NCBI RefSeq assembly: GCF_001194135.2
Contig: NC_068994.1
Coordinates: forward strand, 45,151,911-45,189,246
DNA: 37,336 bases
Direction: 5' to 3'
Source of the DNA: Octopus bimaculoides
Lineage: Eukaryota
Part shown: piece after piece, positions 12,339-24,519 of the stretch
Layout: every line of letters starts with the position of its first letter
Position numbering within the stretch: position 1 is the stretch's first letter
Made by a program: the position numbers and the translations under genes
Notes under the pieces: model-generated
Database searches by the model: none
The model's input: only the letters and a program-made list of their open reading frames with translations
What the model was told of the DNA's origin: nothing

Positions 12339-13986
12339 GTCAGTATTTTGTTTCCAGATGGGAGACCTTCTTCTGGATTTTTTTGTTTGTTTTTTTCAAA
12401 ATTTTTATTTAAGCTTTTAAAATTTCTCTGTCATTATGTACATTAATTATGTACATTAAAAAAAAATGTCATTCACCATATCTTAACCACGTAAATATTT
12501 GTAGTTTTGTGGTTACCAGATCTTAATCTTTGAGGTATTTAATACAAAAATATACACAGTCAGCAGTCAAATAGTCATTTCCCACTGTTGAATAAAAATT
12601 ATCTCCTTATCTGTCTCTGTTTCCTACTTTTGTAATAGTTTTAGTTCTTGAGTACTTCCAGATGTTGGTAAGTATACTTGGTCAGTGCCCTGTAGCTTAT
12701 AGCTTATATAGCATAGTTTGCCAGGGCCTAGGGCTGCTGTTGGACTTTGGTTTAATTTAGCTGGTTCAACAAGAATGGTTGTTAAAATTATTGGGTTTTT
12801 AGAAATGATTTTAAGAAATTCAGAGCTCTACTGTATGACACCAATCTATTGTATGTTGGCATAGATCAGCAGTTGAATTGATACAAGTATTTGATTACTA
12901 CTTTGAGTTTACTGATACCCTCTCTGAACCACAGGAGGAAGCAAAACAGTGTCAACATTTCTGGGATTTAAGGAGAAAATGAATGAAAAAAACTGCAAAC
13001 CATTTAGTTCAATGTTCAAATCATTCTGTTGACTACCATTCTACAATATATATATAAATACATATTTATATTCATTTAACTTTTGTTTGCCATGCTGGTA
13101 TGGGTTATACGAGTATCACAGCATCTTGCCACCTGTTGTACCTTTATCTGGCATCTACAGTAACAAGAAAAAGAACAAAAAAACCTATCAAAGTTTGTTA
13201 GGTATGTTATGTTCTCCCTTTCCTATTTTTGCCCAGTAGACATTGGGTTGCAGATTTTTAGGATAGACTTCTGATCCGTCTGGAAAGGTTTTCAAAATCA
13301 TTGGCACTGTTCTTCATTTCCTAGAGCATAAAAGAACGGGTAATATTTTAAAGCCTATATTCAATATAAGAGATTGTATTTTTTTCCTTTTTTTGTGAGG
13401 AGAGTTTGAGTTTGCTGACCAATGCATGTTTTGTTTTTAGTAAACAACACATTCTTGTTAATGTGTTCTTACTGGTAGTAGGTTTATGCGGAAAGTGTTA
13501 ATTGGTTAAGGCTGGAGTAATGTTGCCACTTGTATACCCAACCCAGGTAACAGCAGACAAAGCAGTCGAGTGTATCCGAGCTTAACCAATCAATATTTGC
13601 CTGGCAAACACACAACTAGTTGGATATTGCACATGGCAGCTAATCTCACTCAGATACCGTCCACCTCTTAAAAATAAAAAAAATCTTGAATAAACTAATG
13701 CTTGATACCTGTTTGAATTAAAGACTGTGTAATCATAGCTAGAGTGCCTTCGATCCCAAGTTCACCCTATTGTGGTTGATCTATGGTTAGACAACAGCAC
13801 CAACAGAAATACATAGTTTAATCCTTACAGAGATCTTCCTAAATAACTATTGTATTTTTTTTTTTCTAATCTTGTATCAATAGTTTTCTTCTGGGACTTT
13901 TGTATTATTATTATTATTATTATCCTACTGTCTTTTTTTCTAAAAGACCCTTGTTGCTATGTTCAGTGTTTATGTTTGTTGTTTAG

Positions 13987-14173
13987 GCAAAGGACTCGAT
14001 CACATAGCAGAAAACATTCTCACATATTTGGATGCGAAGAGTTTATGTTCAGCAGAACTTGTTTGTAAAGAATGGTACCGAGTAATATCCGAAGGTATGT
14101 TATGGAAGAAATTAATTGAAAGAATGGTACGGACAGACACACTGTGGAGAGGCTTGGCTGAAAGACGAGGCTG
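13987..14173 (+). CDS. BTRC: beta-TrCP exon B: F-box domain
   Basis: TTTAG acceptor (AG 13985-13986). G+GC completes Gly, then [61 protein letters not shown], near-identical to the beta-TrCP F-box. Donor TG|GTGAGT at 14174, phase 2. Confidence 0.97.
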
Positions 14174-14439
14174 GTGAGTAAACCATCTTTTTGCTTTGTT
14201 GACATTTCCTTCTTCATACTTAACGCTATGTTCTCCATGCAGTGGGCAACCCTGGGAAATGTTCCCATGTCAATACTTTCTTTAGTTAAATCTCCTTTTT
14301 TGTACTTAACTGTTTCTTTCCCTACCCTCTAGCTCTTTCTCTTTTTCTCTCTTCCTGTAATTTACTTCTTCTGTCTCTCTTTGTATTGTATTTAACTCAC
14401 ACTCTTCTTCTTTGTTACACACACACACACTATTTTCTT

Positions 14440-14481
14440 TGTCTAGCTCTTTCACTCTTTCTCTCTCTCTCTTTCTTTCTT

Positions 14482-14532
<51 letters not shown>

Positions 14533-14898
14533 ATATATATATATATACACATANNNNNNNNNNNNNNNNNNNNNNNNNNNNNNNNNNNNNNNNNNNNNNN
14601 NNNNNNNNNNNNNNNNNNNNNNNNNNNNNNNNNNNNNNNNNNNNNNNNNNNNNNNNNNNNNNNNNNNNNNNNNNNNNNNNNNNNNNNNNNNNNNNNNNNN
14701 NNNNNNNNNNNNNNNNNNNNNNNNNNNNNNNNNNNNNNNNNNNNNNNNNNNNNNNNNNNNNNNNNNNNNNNNNNNNNNNNNNNNNNNNNNNNNNNNNNNN
14801 NNNNNNNNNNNNNNNNNNNNNNNNNNNNNNNNNNNNNNNNNNNNNNNNNNNNNNNNNNNNNNNNNNNNNNNNNNNNNNNNNNNNNNNNNNNNNNNCAT

Positions 14899-14940
<42 letters not shown>
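14440..14940. repeat. Compound (CT)n/(TA)n/(CA)n microsatellite spanning an assembly gap
   Basis: Direct reading; an N run lies in the middle. Confidence 0.92.
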
Positions 14941-15292
14941 TTCTTCTTTGCCTCACTCTCTCTGTATTTTCTTCTCTCTCTCCTTCCTGCTTTCTCTCTG
15001 TCTCTCTTTCTGTGGTTGATTTTCTCTTTTGTTTGACTCTTTCCTCTCTCTCTATTTGTAGATGACTCACTCTCTCTCTGTATGTGACTTTCTTTCTGTA
15101 GGTAACTCTTTCTCTCTGGTTGCCTAATTTTTTGCAGCCCCTCTCCCATATGTTCCATCCCTCCTCTTCCTACCCCCTCCCCGCCTCTGTTCTATATCTC
15201 CTATCTTTCTCCCCACCCTTTTCCTTACCCTCTCCATTCTCTCTTCTGTCTCTACCTATACTTAAAGTCAATAGTCCTTCAATGTGTTTCAG

Positions 15293-15386
15293 GGGTCAGT
15301 ACTTATTTAGACCAAAATACTGTGAAACACCAAAAGACCACAAATTCTACAGATCATTGTACCCACAGATAATTGAAGATATTGAG
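15293..15386 (+). CDS. BTRC: beta-TrCP exon C: F-box to WD40 linker
   Basis: TTTCAG acceptor (AG 15291-15292). TG+G completes Trp, then GQYLFRPKYCETPKDHKFYRSLYPQIIEDIE. Donor GAG|GTGAGG at 15387, phase 0. Confidence 0.94.
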
Positions 15387-15794
15387 GTGAGGCACTCACA
15401 TTTTCTTGTTTGTCATTTGCTAAACCATGAAGGCCACAACATCTTATTCTTAATCTATAAAAAAGACCTTGCTCTGATAATTCTAGAACTTTTTTTTATC
15501 TCTTAGTAAAGAAACTTGAAACCATTATTAACCATAATTATAAAGGAATTGTACTACAGTAGATCAAGTTGTGGCACACTCTTGTTCAGTGCTTCAGGGT
15601 ATCTCGGTTCAAATTCTGCAGGGATGGCATTGATGTTTCTTTTTTTTTTTTTTTTACCTTCTAACCTTTTGTTTGTGGGGTTGTTGGGATAAGTAAAAAA
15701 AAAAGTGTATACATTTTGTTACATCAACTATATTACATATAATGGGGGAAAAATATTCTTAGGCCTAGTCAGTGGGAATAATTGATAATTTCAT

Positions 15795-15827
<33 letters not shown>

Positions 15828-16232
15828 NNNNNNNNNNNNNNNNNNNNNNNNNNNNNNNNNNNNNNNNNNNNNNNNNNNNNNNNNNNNNNNNNNNNNNNNN
15901 NNNNNNNNNNNNNNNNNNNNNNNNNNNNNNNNNNNNNNNNNNNNNNNNNNNNNNNNNNNNNNNNNNNNNNNNNNNNNNNNNNNNNNNNNNNNNNNNNNNN
16001 NNNNNNNNNNNNNNNNNNNNNNNNNNNNNNNNNNNNNNNNNNNNNNNNNNNNNNNNNNNNNNNNNNNNNNNNNNNNNNNNNNNNNNNNNNNNNNNNNNNN
16101 NNNNNNNNNNNNNNNNNNNNNNNNNNNNNNNNNNNNNNNNNNNNNNNNNNNNNNNNNNNNNNNNNNNNNNNNNNNNNNNNNNNNNNNNNNNNNNNNNNNN
16201 NNNNNNNNNNNNNNNNNNNNNNNNNNNNNNNN

Positions 16233-16440
16233 TTGGTTTTATGTTAAGAAAAGTAGGAAAATATCCTCGTATCTTAATTTTTTAAGCCAGTCACATGGAG
16301 AAAAGTGTTTGCCTCCATCTTAGAAAACACTGCTATGCTTTCTAAAATAGAGCTGAGCCCCTTTCTCCATGTGATTGGCTTGAAAAATTAAGATACTAGA
16401 ATATTTTCCTACTTGTCTTTACATGAAACCAATGGTAGCC
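16233..16440. mobile_element. Palindromic MITE, possibly Kolobok-like; left end hidden by an N gap
   Basis: 16233-~16330 is an imperfect reverse complement of ~16335-16432. The right end is ...AAACCAATGGTAGCC followed by TTAA (16441-16444). Confidence 0.7.
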
Positions 16441-16609
16441 TTAATTCACGTGTATGTATGTCTGTGTGTATAGTGGGTTGAACCCCCCAACCCCTAACTC
16501 TCTCACGTTATATATATATATATAAAATGTGGTAAAACAAAATGAGTACTCAAAACACAGTAATGTGAAATGTGTTATAGCAGTTACAGACTTATTTTCA
16601 TAAAACATT

Positions 16610-18479
16610 AAATTTATTTATTAAAATTTTTCTGATTAGGAAGCAGCTGGTTCAAACAAAGAAACAAAGCTCTATCACTGGAATTTGGATAACAATGATG
16701 AATATTATATGTTGCACTTTAGAAAAGTCTTCCATATCTTTACTATTCCACTTGCAGATTGTATTTGTAAAGTGTATATCAGACTGAAAATCTTAGTTTC
16801 TCCAGATTACTTAAGCATTTACTAGCATAAGCAAGTGCACCAATAATTATTGGTATAAGTGTGGATTTATAATCAGGGAAGCAGAGCTGAAGGCTTCAAA
16901 GCAGTTGTCCATAGATATTTTTTTTTCCAGTGTATTTAAGATATTCACATCTGCAGAGCAGCTGATCTCTGTGACTATGCATAATTTTTTTTTTCTCTCT
17001 GTCCCAAATAACTTTATCACTAGTAGAAGCTTTGATGGAAATGTTTCACTAATATTCCTTGAGTTGATATGTATGTATTCAGTAACATGTTATTTATATT
17101 TATCCCAGATGGCATTGTATATCGTTTCAACATCATGAAGGTAGTATCTTGATGAAATTTTTGGGCAACTGCTGATCATATGAATTATGTTCTCCAGAAG
17201 AGTGACGTAATTGACATTTACAGTCGCACCTTCGGACTTTAAGGTTTTCACTTTCTCATTTGCTCAGATATATTCTAGTCTTCTCTAGTTCTAGAATTGC
17301 AAGAGCATAACTTTCAAGGCTTGGTGTCATTTAAGAGTCACAAGTTCAAATGCGGCTACATTTCTTGTTAATATTATCATCCACTTCAAGGCAGCCAGCT
17401 GGCAGAATGGTTAGCACACCAGGCAGATGCTTAGTGGCATTTCATTTGTCTTTATGTTCTGAGTTCAAATACCGCCCGAGTTCTCACTTTAAATTCTAAC
17501 TTCGCCTTTCATCATTTCATAAGTACCAGTTGAGCACTGGGGTTGATGTAGGCAATTTACCCCCTCCCTTGAAATTACTGGCCTTGTGCCAAAGCGTGAA
17601 ACCAATATTATCTCTTTCAAATTTACATGAAACATACTCATGCATAAACTTTTTGTAGTATGCAGTGTGTTTTGTTTCTAAGACTTTCCAAGTCCTACAC
17701 TTCTGGGTTCATATGGGAAGCCAGCAGAAAGTGATTGCTTCTTGAGGAGTTCACTTCTGACCTGCAGGATGTTATTACTTTTAAACACTTGATTGCTGTT
17801 CTTTTGTTTCTGTCATTCAGCAGATGTTGTCTGAGTGATACCATACAGCACTCAAAGGCTGTAAGCACTAATCTTAAGCCTCTTCTTTTTCATCTAAGAT
17901 AAACTGTCAGTATCATTGTTTCTATGGAAGTTAAGTTTGCTATTTGATGTCAAGATCTTGAGAGGTTTTATGTCCTTGGAACGGATTTCCTCTGTAAACT
18001 AGTCAAGTATCCCAAATGTTGGTAATAGTGGAATACTGTCTTGTAACAATAAAGCTCTGATTGTGATATCTTCAGTCTGGTACAATGTTTGGTTACTATT
18101 TGTTCATGGCACCTTTGTATGACATAATTTCATCAATAGTTAGGTACTTGTAGTACTGTGTGGAGCAAAGGAGATTGAGAGGTCACTGGTGCAAAGCTTT
18201 CTGGTTTGACTAACTGTTTTACTTCATTCAGTAATGCTTCTTTTAGCCAAATTCTATTGCTACTTCATCAGAAAATGTTGTGACTAAATCCAGCTGTTTC
18301 TCAGTATTGTAAATATTTTTGAGCATAGATCTTTAGATTCTGAAAAGAAATTATCGATTACATGAGTGCTTGGCGTAAATCCCAGAACATTACCAATGAC
18401 TTTTTATGCAAGATTTAACTGGATTTAAGGTTGAAATATACTGTAGTGCAGGCAGACTGTTGCTTTGGAACACTCCCTA
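16610..18479 (-). mobile_element. 5'-truncated, decayed non-LTR retrotransposon with a restriction-like endonuclease (R4/Dong-like); SINE inserted at 17388-17611
   Basis: Collinear relics: GVFQSNSL (RT QGD motif), NLKIYA (DDLKLYA), LDLVTTFSDEVAIEFG, YKYLTIDE, LPTFGILD, NFHRNNDTD, LESYALAILE, CDCKCQL..HMISSCPKISSRYY (CCHC knuckle), VIWDREKKKLCIVTEISC (RLE), IPIIIGAL, GIVKIWKTFLK. The 3' boundary is approximate. Confidence 0.85.
17388..17611 (+). mobile_element. tRNA-derived SINE family B, inserted in the RLE-type LINE
   Basis: GCTGGCAGAATGGTTAGCAC (A-box-like), GAGTTCAAATACC (B-box-like), AAGTACCAGTTGAGCACTGGGGTTGATG, GGCCTTGTGCCAAA tail. Confidence 0.85.
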
Positions 18480-18880
18480 TGTGTGTGAAAGCCCTGTTCC
18501 ATGAGACCCAATGTGCATGCGCGCGTGCACACACACACACATACACGCAAAGGCTACGTATATTATAAAATGTCAATGATCATCCTTTGTATTTTGTTTT
18601 ATTTTTATTGTATTTGTGTTAAATTCAAAGTTTTGTTTCCAGGTTAACTTCCAGAATGGTTCCTGATAGTCCTCCAGGAAGATTTGAACCCTGTTTTGTG
18701 GTCAGAATGTTGTCTGTACTTGAAATGAAGTGGGGGACACATTTTTGATATCCCCTCTTGAAACATCCCTTTTGCAAGATGTATCTTTTTGCTTGTCTTT
18801 TTGGAGATCAGTTTGTGTGTGTGTGTATATATATANNNNNNNNNNNNNNNNNNNNNNNNNNNNNNNNNNNNNNNNNNNNN

Positions 18881-18926
<46 letters not shown>

Positions 18927-19481
18927 TATTGATGTCTGAGTGAAATATATCTTCTCTTTGCCTCACACTCTGACTTTCCCTGTCCCTCTCAAAATACCAG
19001 CAATACTGTAAAATCACAAATGTTAATTCTGCTGTGACCTTTCACAAGCCTCTTGCTTCAAGCTGTATGTCCCTGTGCATCTGTGTGTGTGTGTGTTCAT
19101 GTTCCCTGTGTATGTTGCAGTGTCTCTATCTCTGTGTTTGTGTCCATATATATGTGTGTGTGTGTGTGTGGCTATATTTGTTCATGTTTTTCTGAGTTTC
19201 TATTCCAGTGTCTACCTGTTTGTGTCTGCCTGTGTGTGTGTATGTCCAATGTCCATCTAGGTGTGCATGTCTGTCTGTCTGTCTGTCTATATCTGGTCAT
19301 ATTTCTCCTGTGTGTGTGTGTGTGTATGCACGTGTGTATGGGAGTGTGCGTGCATAAGTACAAGTGTGTGTCCTTTTATGTATCTGTTACGTAAATATAA
19401 TTCCATCCCACTTCCTGCTTGAGGAGTTTCCTCTGGTGTTTGGGCTTTCTGACAACATACATTTATTTTTCATATCAGTTT

Positions 19482-19520
<39 letters not shown>

Positions 19521-19649
19521 GGTGTTTGCGCCTAGTTGTATATGTGCTTTTCTGCTTTGTGTTGTATGTGTAGGAAAATGAAAAAAAAAAAAAAAAATGA
19601 ATACATTCCTAAAGGTGACATTTCAAACGTGCTGTTGTCTTTGTAGTGG

Positions 19650-19875
19650 TAAATAACATTAATGCAACACACAGCTGCTGCTTGCTTGGTCATTCAACCT
19701 GTTAGAAATGGCAGCCAGTTCTCCCTCAAATCACACTTCACTGTCATAGGAAAGGGTACATTGGTTCATGTAGTCCTTGGCTCCCTACACATTGGGGGAA
19801 AAAAACAATATAATTACACTTGTAGGGTCTTTGATCATAAGTATGCTCAGTCAGAGCTGACCCGGGGCTAACCAG
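19650..19875 (+). mobile_element. Interspersed repeat family E
   Basis: CCTGTTAGAAATGGCAGCC..CTCCCTCAAATCACAC...TTGATCATAAG..CAGAGCTGACCCGGGGCTAA. Related diverged copies at about 4345-4500, 7920-8080, 13600-13806, 23035-23070 (minus) and 27880-28050. Confidence 0.68.
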
Positions 19876-20509
19876 TACAGCTACTGCCATACAACACTGC
19901 ACCATACCTCTCATTCTTGACTGCTTATTTTGTTTCACCTGTCGTCACCTGATTCTTATCTCTCATCATATGTAATGGGGTTTGTACTATTTAGTGGTAG
20001 TTCGCTCTACCACCACCAAGGGAGTATAAGTATTATTTGGCTGTCAGTTCATGAGCTCTTGGTTCAAATCCACTGCAGATGTTTTATATTTCAGAAGCAG
20101 TCTTCCAAGTGCTAAATGGAATATGCTGCCAAAATATGCACATGCACACATGTATTTTTACACATTGTAGGTGTACATACACATATGGATACACACATAA
20201 ACATATATGCATACACATGTTGGCAAAAGTTGTGTTTTTAGGATGGTATCATGGTAGTGTTGTCTATTTGTTTGGTGGTTTGGAGGTGGTTTTTTCATGT
20301 GATAGGGGTTCTGGGACGTTGCTTTCTGTGGCAGCAAACAGTTAAGTGTAATTTGAAGTGTTCCCAGATAACAAGCTTGTTGGCTGTTTGTTTATAATGG
20401 ATTATTTGGTCTTTTGGTAGCTTAGAAGTGTTATTTAAATTACTGATTTATGCATATGTACATATAAATTTTTATATACATACATATATCTATATCTATA
20501 TATATATAT

Positions 20510-20616
20510 GGGAGAATATACAAAAAATAACAACAGACGAGGACAGGTGGTGTAAATAACAAAAGTATATATTAGTATGACGCTCGGGAATACGGAAAGT
20601 CTTTGACGTTTCGAGC
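20510..20616 (-). mobile_element. Penelope-like element terminal fragment
   Basis: The minus strand reads GCTCGAAACGTCAAAGACTTTCC... and ends at a (TA)n run. CGAAACGTC is characteristic of Penelope-like terminal repeats. Abuts a 10-N gap. Confidence 0.5.
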
Positions 20617-20626
20617 NNNNNNNNNN

Positions 20627-20813
20627 AAGAGGTATTTCAAAACATGTGTAGAAGAGTGAACTTATGTACTGAAAATGGATGACACTTTCAACACCTATAA
20701 AGTTTTTTGAAGTCTTGTAAAGTCTAATATATTCTTTTGTGGTCTTATACCATCTTATAAATATTTATTTTGCAATAAAATACTGACTGCGGAGAGACTT
20801 TTTGAACACCCTG
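20627..20813 (+). mobile_element. Tc1/mariner-superfamily 3' remnant (CAGGGTG-type TIR)
   Basis: EVFQNMCRRVNLCTENG*HFQHL* (20629-20700) resembles the Tc1/mariner C-terminal RLxxCIxxNGGHFEHL. It ends in CTTTTTGAACACCCTG, the reverse complement of CAGGGTGTTCAAAAAG. Confidence 0.7.
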
Positions 20814-20845
20814 TGTAATTTTTTAAACTTGTTTAATTTCCTTTT

Positions 20846-20847
<2 letters not shown>

Positions 20848-20899
<52 letters not shown>
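20848..20899. repeat. Poly-T run of about 52 nt
   Basis: Direct reading; possibly a minus-strand poly(A) retroposon tail. Confidence 0.95.
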
Positions 20900-20901
<2 letters not shown>

Positions 20902-21320
20902 GTTTTACTTTCAATAAGCAGTTTTATTTGGTTGATATATTTTGTCGTGTTGAACTTGTTTTATAGATATTGATCTAAGCTTGTCCCTTTCCTTGTACAC
21001 ATAATTTGAGAACATTGTTTATGAGATGTACTGTTCCACTAATTGTTATTAGGCTTGTTTTGGGTGTGATATCCTGTTTGTGACGTGATGTTGATAGAGA
21101 AACAAAGTATCTAGTTATCTATGTTTGTTATATTGTCTGAATGAATGTTGTTTGGGAACAAGTGGTTTATTATAAGTACTATTTCATAGTTAACTTATAA
21201 CTATTTGTGTACTCTTATGTTGTTACTTGTGGTATTAAGTTGCTAGATCTGGTATTCTTTGGTTTTCTTCATGGGTAACTCAATTAAGCTTGGATAATGC
21301 TTAGATATTGGTGTATATAT

Positions 21321-21645
21321 ATTGGGTCATCCCGTAAATAATGTGTTTTTTTATATGTTTATTTTTCAGAATTAAGATAAATGAAGTTCTTTTTTTAATC
21401 TAAAATATACTCTCCTTCATTTTCTATAATGCTCTCCCATCTTTCTAGTAGACTTGAAAGGCCCCTCTTCCAAAATTCACTTGTCCATGGCGGAAAATAC
21501 TCCTCCAGTACTGTTCTGACCTCGTCTACAGAATTCATATTTTTTCTGCCCAAATGATTTTGAAGACTATGGAATAAATGATAATCAATGTCCGGCAAAT
21601 ATGGTGGGTGGGGCATCATTTCCCATTCAAACTACTCCAACCTTG
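21321..21645 (-). mobile_element. mariner transposon 3' remnant (transposase C-terminus and right TIR)
   Basis: LE*FEWEMMPHPPYLPDIDYHLFHSLQNHLGRKNMNSVDEVRTVLEEYF...FWKRGLSSLLERWESIIENEGEYILD matches the mariner WEVLPHPPYSPDLAPSDYHLF...RWQKVIDNNGEY pattern, with APS deleted. A mariner-like TIR (ATTGGGTCATCCCGTAAATAA) starts in a TA run at about 21321. Confidence 0.92.
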
Positions 21646-21789
21646 TTGAATATTTGCAGTGTTTGTTTTGGTGATTGTTGAATTTTGTTAATCTTAGTTT
21701 TGTTTCTTGGAGGAACTCTTTCATTATTGAAAGTTTTTTTGTTTTTTTTTTCCAGTTTTGAAAAGTGTTTTTGCTTTCTTCTTTGTGTG

Positions 21790-22200
21790 TGTGTGATGAT
21801 AATTGGCAAGTGACCTGAGTTGGGGAATTGTTTGCCAAAAGAGGAGGAGGTGGTGATGTCTGGGAAAGAGTTGTTGTCGTTGGTTTGGTGAGAAGTGTGT
21901 CTCTTGATGTGGGTTAAGATGTAAAAGAGTTCAGTAGCTATTATGTTATGTCAACTCTATTGTTGACTACTATTTGAAAGTCTAATGCTGTTGTGTGCAC
22001 TGAAATCTTCCCTGACAAGTGTTTGTGAGGGTGTTGTAGTGCATTACCTGGGGGTATATAATCCAGGTGGATGGTTGCTAAAAATGGTGGAGGTATACAT
22101 TGTATTTATGATATTAATATACTTTGTGTTATTTTGTAAATCTGTGTTTCTATTGGTGATAATGGTGGTGAATACAACTTTTTGTCTGCGATAATACTGC
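21790..22200 (-). mobile_element. Decayed LINE apurinic-type endonuclease region
   Basis: Collinear NVYLH (NVYxP), LVREDFSAH (GDFNAH) and SFPDITTSSS..SGHLPIII (SxPDIT..SDHLPI). Confidence 0.55.
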
Positions 22201-22737
22201 ACCTGTTGTAAAAGAGTCTGTCTAGCCTGGTTTCAATATAATTTAGCTTGATGTGTGTGTGTGTAATGGATGTTCAGTTTAAAAAAATTTTTTTTTTTAC
22301 TTGTAAGGCTGTCTCTTGAATTATTGCTACATGGATTTTGTCCGGTTTACAAAGTTTGAGTGTGACATGTTTATCTTTAAGTGGAATCTGTACAGGGTTT
22401 AGGTCAGCCATGGACAAATTGTGACCTACAGGAGTTTCTGAATGGCATGCCTAATGGAAAATTGCTCCACCCTCTTTTTTTTTTTAATAGTTGTGTGGTC
22501 TGTCAGATGGGATTGCAACCTTGCTGTTCAGACTTTATCATGTTTTACAAAGTGCAAACATATATTGCCAGAAATGTAAGAATAAAAAATGATTGGAAAG
22601 AGTGAGTCTTCATTTATATAAGCACATCACTAAGATAATTATGGGTAATGTTGTTTAATCCAGGTCATCTGTGGTTGACGTGACATTCTAGCTTGGCAAT
22701 CCAGTCATTTCCAGATACAGTTTGCTTAGGACTAGAT

Positions 22738-22992
22738 CAGTGGTTATCAACCAGCATCCATATGGCCTTTTGGGGGGGGGGGGCATATAAATCTTTAAGA
22801 TTGATCTTCAATAACTTGGTTGTACTTCTACAATACACAAAATATTAAAAAAAAAAATGTTAATACAGTTTCTAATAATATTCAATTATAAGAGTATAAT
22901 GATATTTTTAAACATCAAATGGCTAGGAGCATACATCTAAGTAAAATAGGAATCAAAGGGGTCCATAGGTAAAAAGTGTTTGAGAAACACTG
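22738..22992. mobile_element. hAT (Charlie-like) MITE with a perfect 8-bp target-site duplication
   Basis: TIRs CAGTGGTTATCAACC and GTTTGAGAAACACTG match at 12/15. Identical GACTAGAT at 22730-22737 and 22993-23000, with the central CTAG typical of Charlie target sites. Confidence 0.9.
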
Positions 22993-24186
22993 GACTAGAT
23001 TATCCAATGTGTTTTTTCTTTCTTTTTTCTTTTAAATGTGATTTGAGGGGAAATTGGTTGTTTTTTCTAACACCCATGTAGAAATTCATTCAGTTCTGTT
23101 TCCTCATAGTTCGATGTTTAAGAGCAGAGGCAAGTGTAGATTAAGTACTGTTTAGAAGAGTGGTTTTCAAACAGAAAAAATACCAGCATTCTCCCTACAT
23201 ATTAAGGAAGGTTTTTGCTACTTTTTAAACTTAATTTAATTAATTAGAAAACAAAAATAATTTGCATATTTATATTTTTTTTGCTATGATATTGGACAAG
23301 CATAAAATGTTTAAAAATTATCTGAATTTAATTAACCTGGCAATTTGACTGACCCATGATTAGACATGATTAGTGCAAAAGTTAGAATGGAGCTGGTGTT
23401 TGCTTTGTGACCAAAATTCAAAATAAAGCAAGTTTCATGAGCTGCTGTGTCCATTAGCAAAAGGACTCCTGCTACCCCAATGTCTCTCTCTCAGAAAGGC
23501 ACACTATGTGAAACATTTAAATGTGACAAAGCAAATAAACAACTAAACACCAAATGTAAATGGCTTATTAGTCAAATTGTACAGTATGGCACACAATATG
23601 GTCTATTAATATGAATAGATAACTATGGGAATGGATACTAAGGGTGAAAAGGTGCAGTTAGTTGACTGTGCAATGTGTGTGTGCATCTGCATGCATGCAT
23701 GCATGGTTGAGTTAGAGCTCGATCAATAAATTCTTGAGATAAATAAGCTGGCTTTAATGTGAGAACATTGACTTTTTACTGATAAAAATACACAGAATCA
23801 ATAGGTATGGAAAAATTATGTCATAGATCTTTCCATCCAAATGAGACAAGTGGAGAAAATTATGGTGGTATATAGCTATTTAAGTGCCTCTTTCTGGCTT
23901 TGTTTGTCTCTGTCCACCACCTATCTGTCTCTCCATGCACACTGCTGGAGAACTAAATACATGTCTGTAGTGTAAGCTGTTTTATAGACACTGTGTGAGA
24001 GTGAGCAAAAAGAAAATGTCACTGGAGTTGTTGGTGATGGGTGATTGTGTTGGTTAAGTCTACCTGGGAAGATATGGGATATAGGGAATAGTGAAGTAAA
24101 ACTAGAATGTGTTTGTCCTTGTAGAATCAAAGTATGGAAAACTGGATGTTCAATAATGATGAGGAATTGAGATTCTAAAACCGAGG

Positions 24187-24415
24187 TGTCATGTAAAGGG
24201 CATTTGTGTGGGTGCTGGTGTCACATAGAAAGCATTGGTGATGGTGTCAATGTAAAAAGCAGCCAGTACACTCTGCATAGTGGTTGGCATTAGGAAGGGC
24301 ATCCAGCTATAAAACCCAAGTTGAAACAGACTATGAAACCTGGTGCAGGCCCCTGACCATGCCAGTTCTTGTCTAACCCATGTCAACTTGGAAGACAGAA
24401 TCAAATGATGATGAC
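24187..24415 (+). mobile_element. Retroposon 3' tail, family C
   Basis: GGTTGGCATTAGGAAGGGCATCCAGCTATAAAA...CTAACCCATGTCAAC...AAATGATGATGA. Confidence 0.72.
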
Positions 24416-24519
24416 AAAGGAAACCTTAATGAAGCTTTACAAACTTATGTCGTGAAATAGGAATAATAAAACATGGAATTTTGTGCAAGTTCTACTTGTT
24501 CTTGTTAGTAATATTAAAA

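Noticed and set aside
14386-16323. Long ORFs of 160-240 aa in the track
   Set aside because: Artefacts of N runs and dinucleotide repeats.
18120-18140. LTIDE..YKG motif suggesting a piggyBac transposase
   Set aside because: In context it reads YKYLTIDE, the YKYLG motif at the end of the LINE reverse transcriptase.
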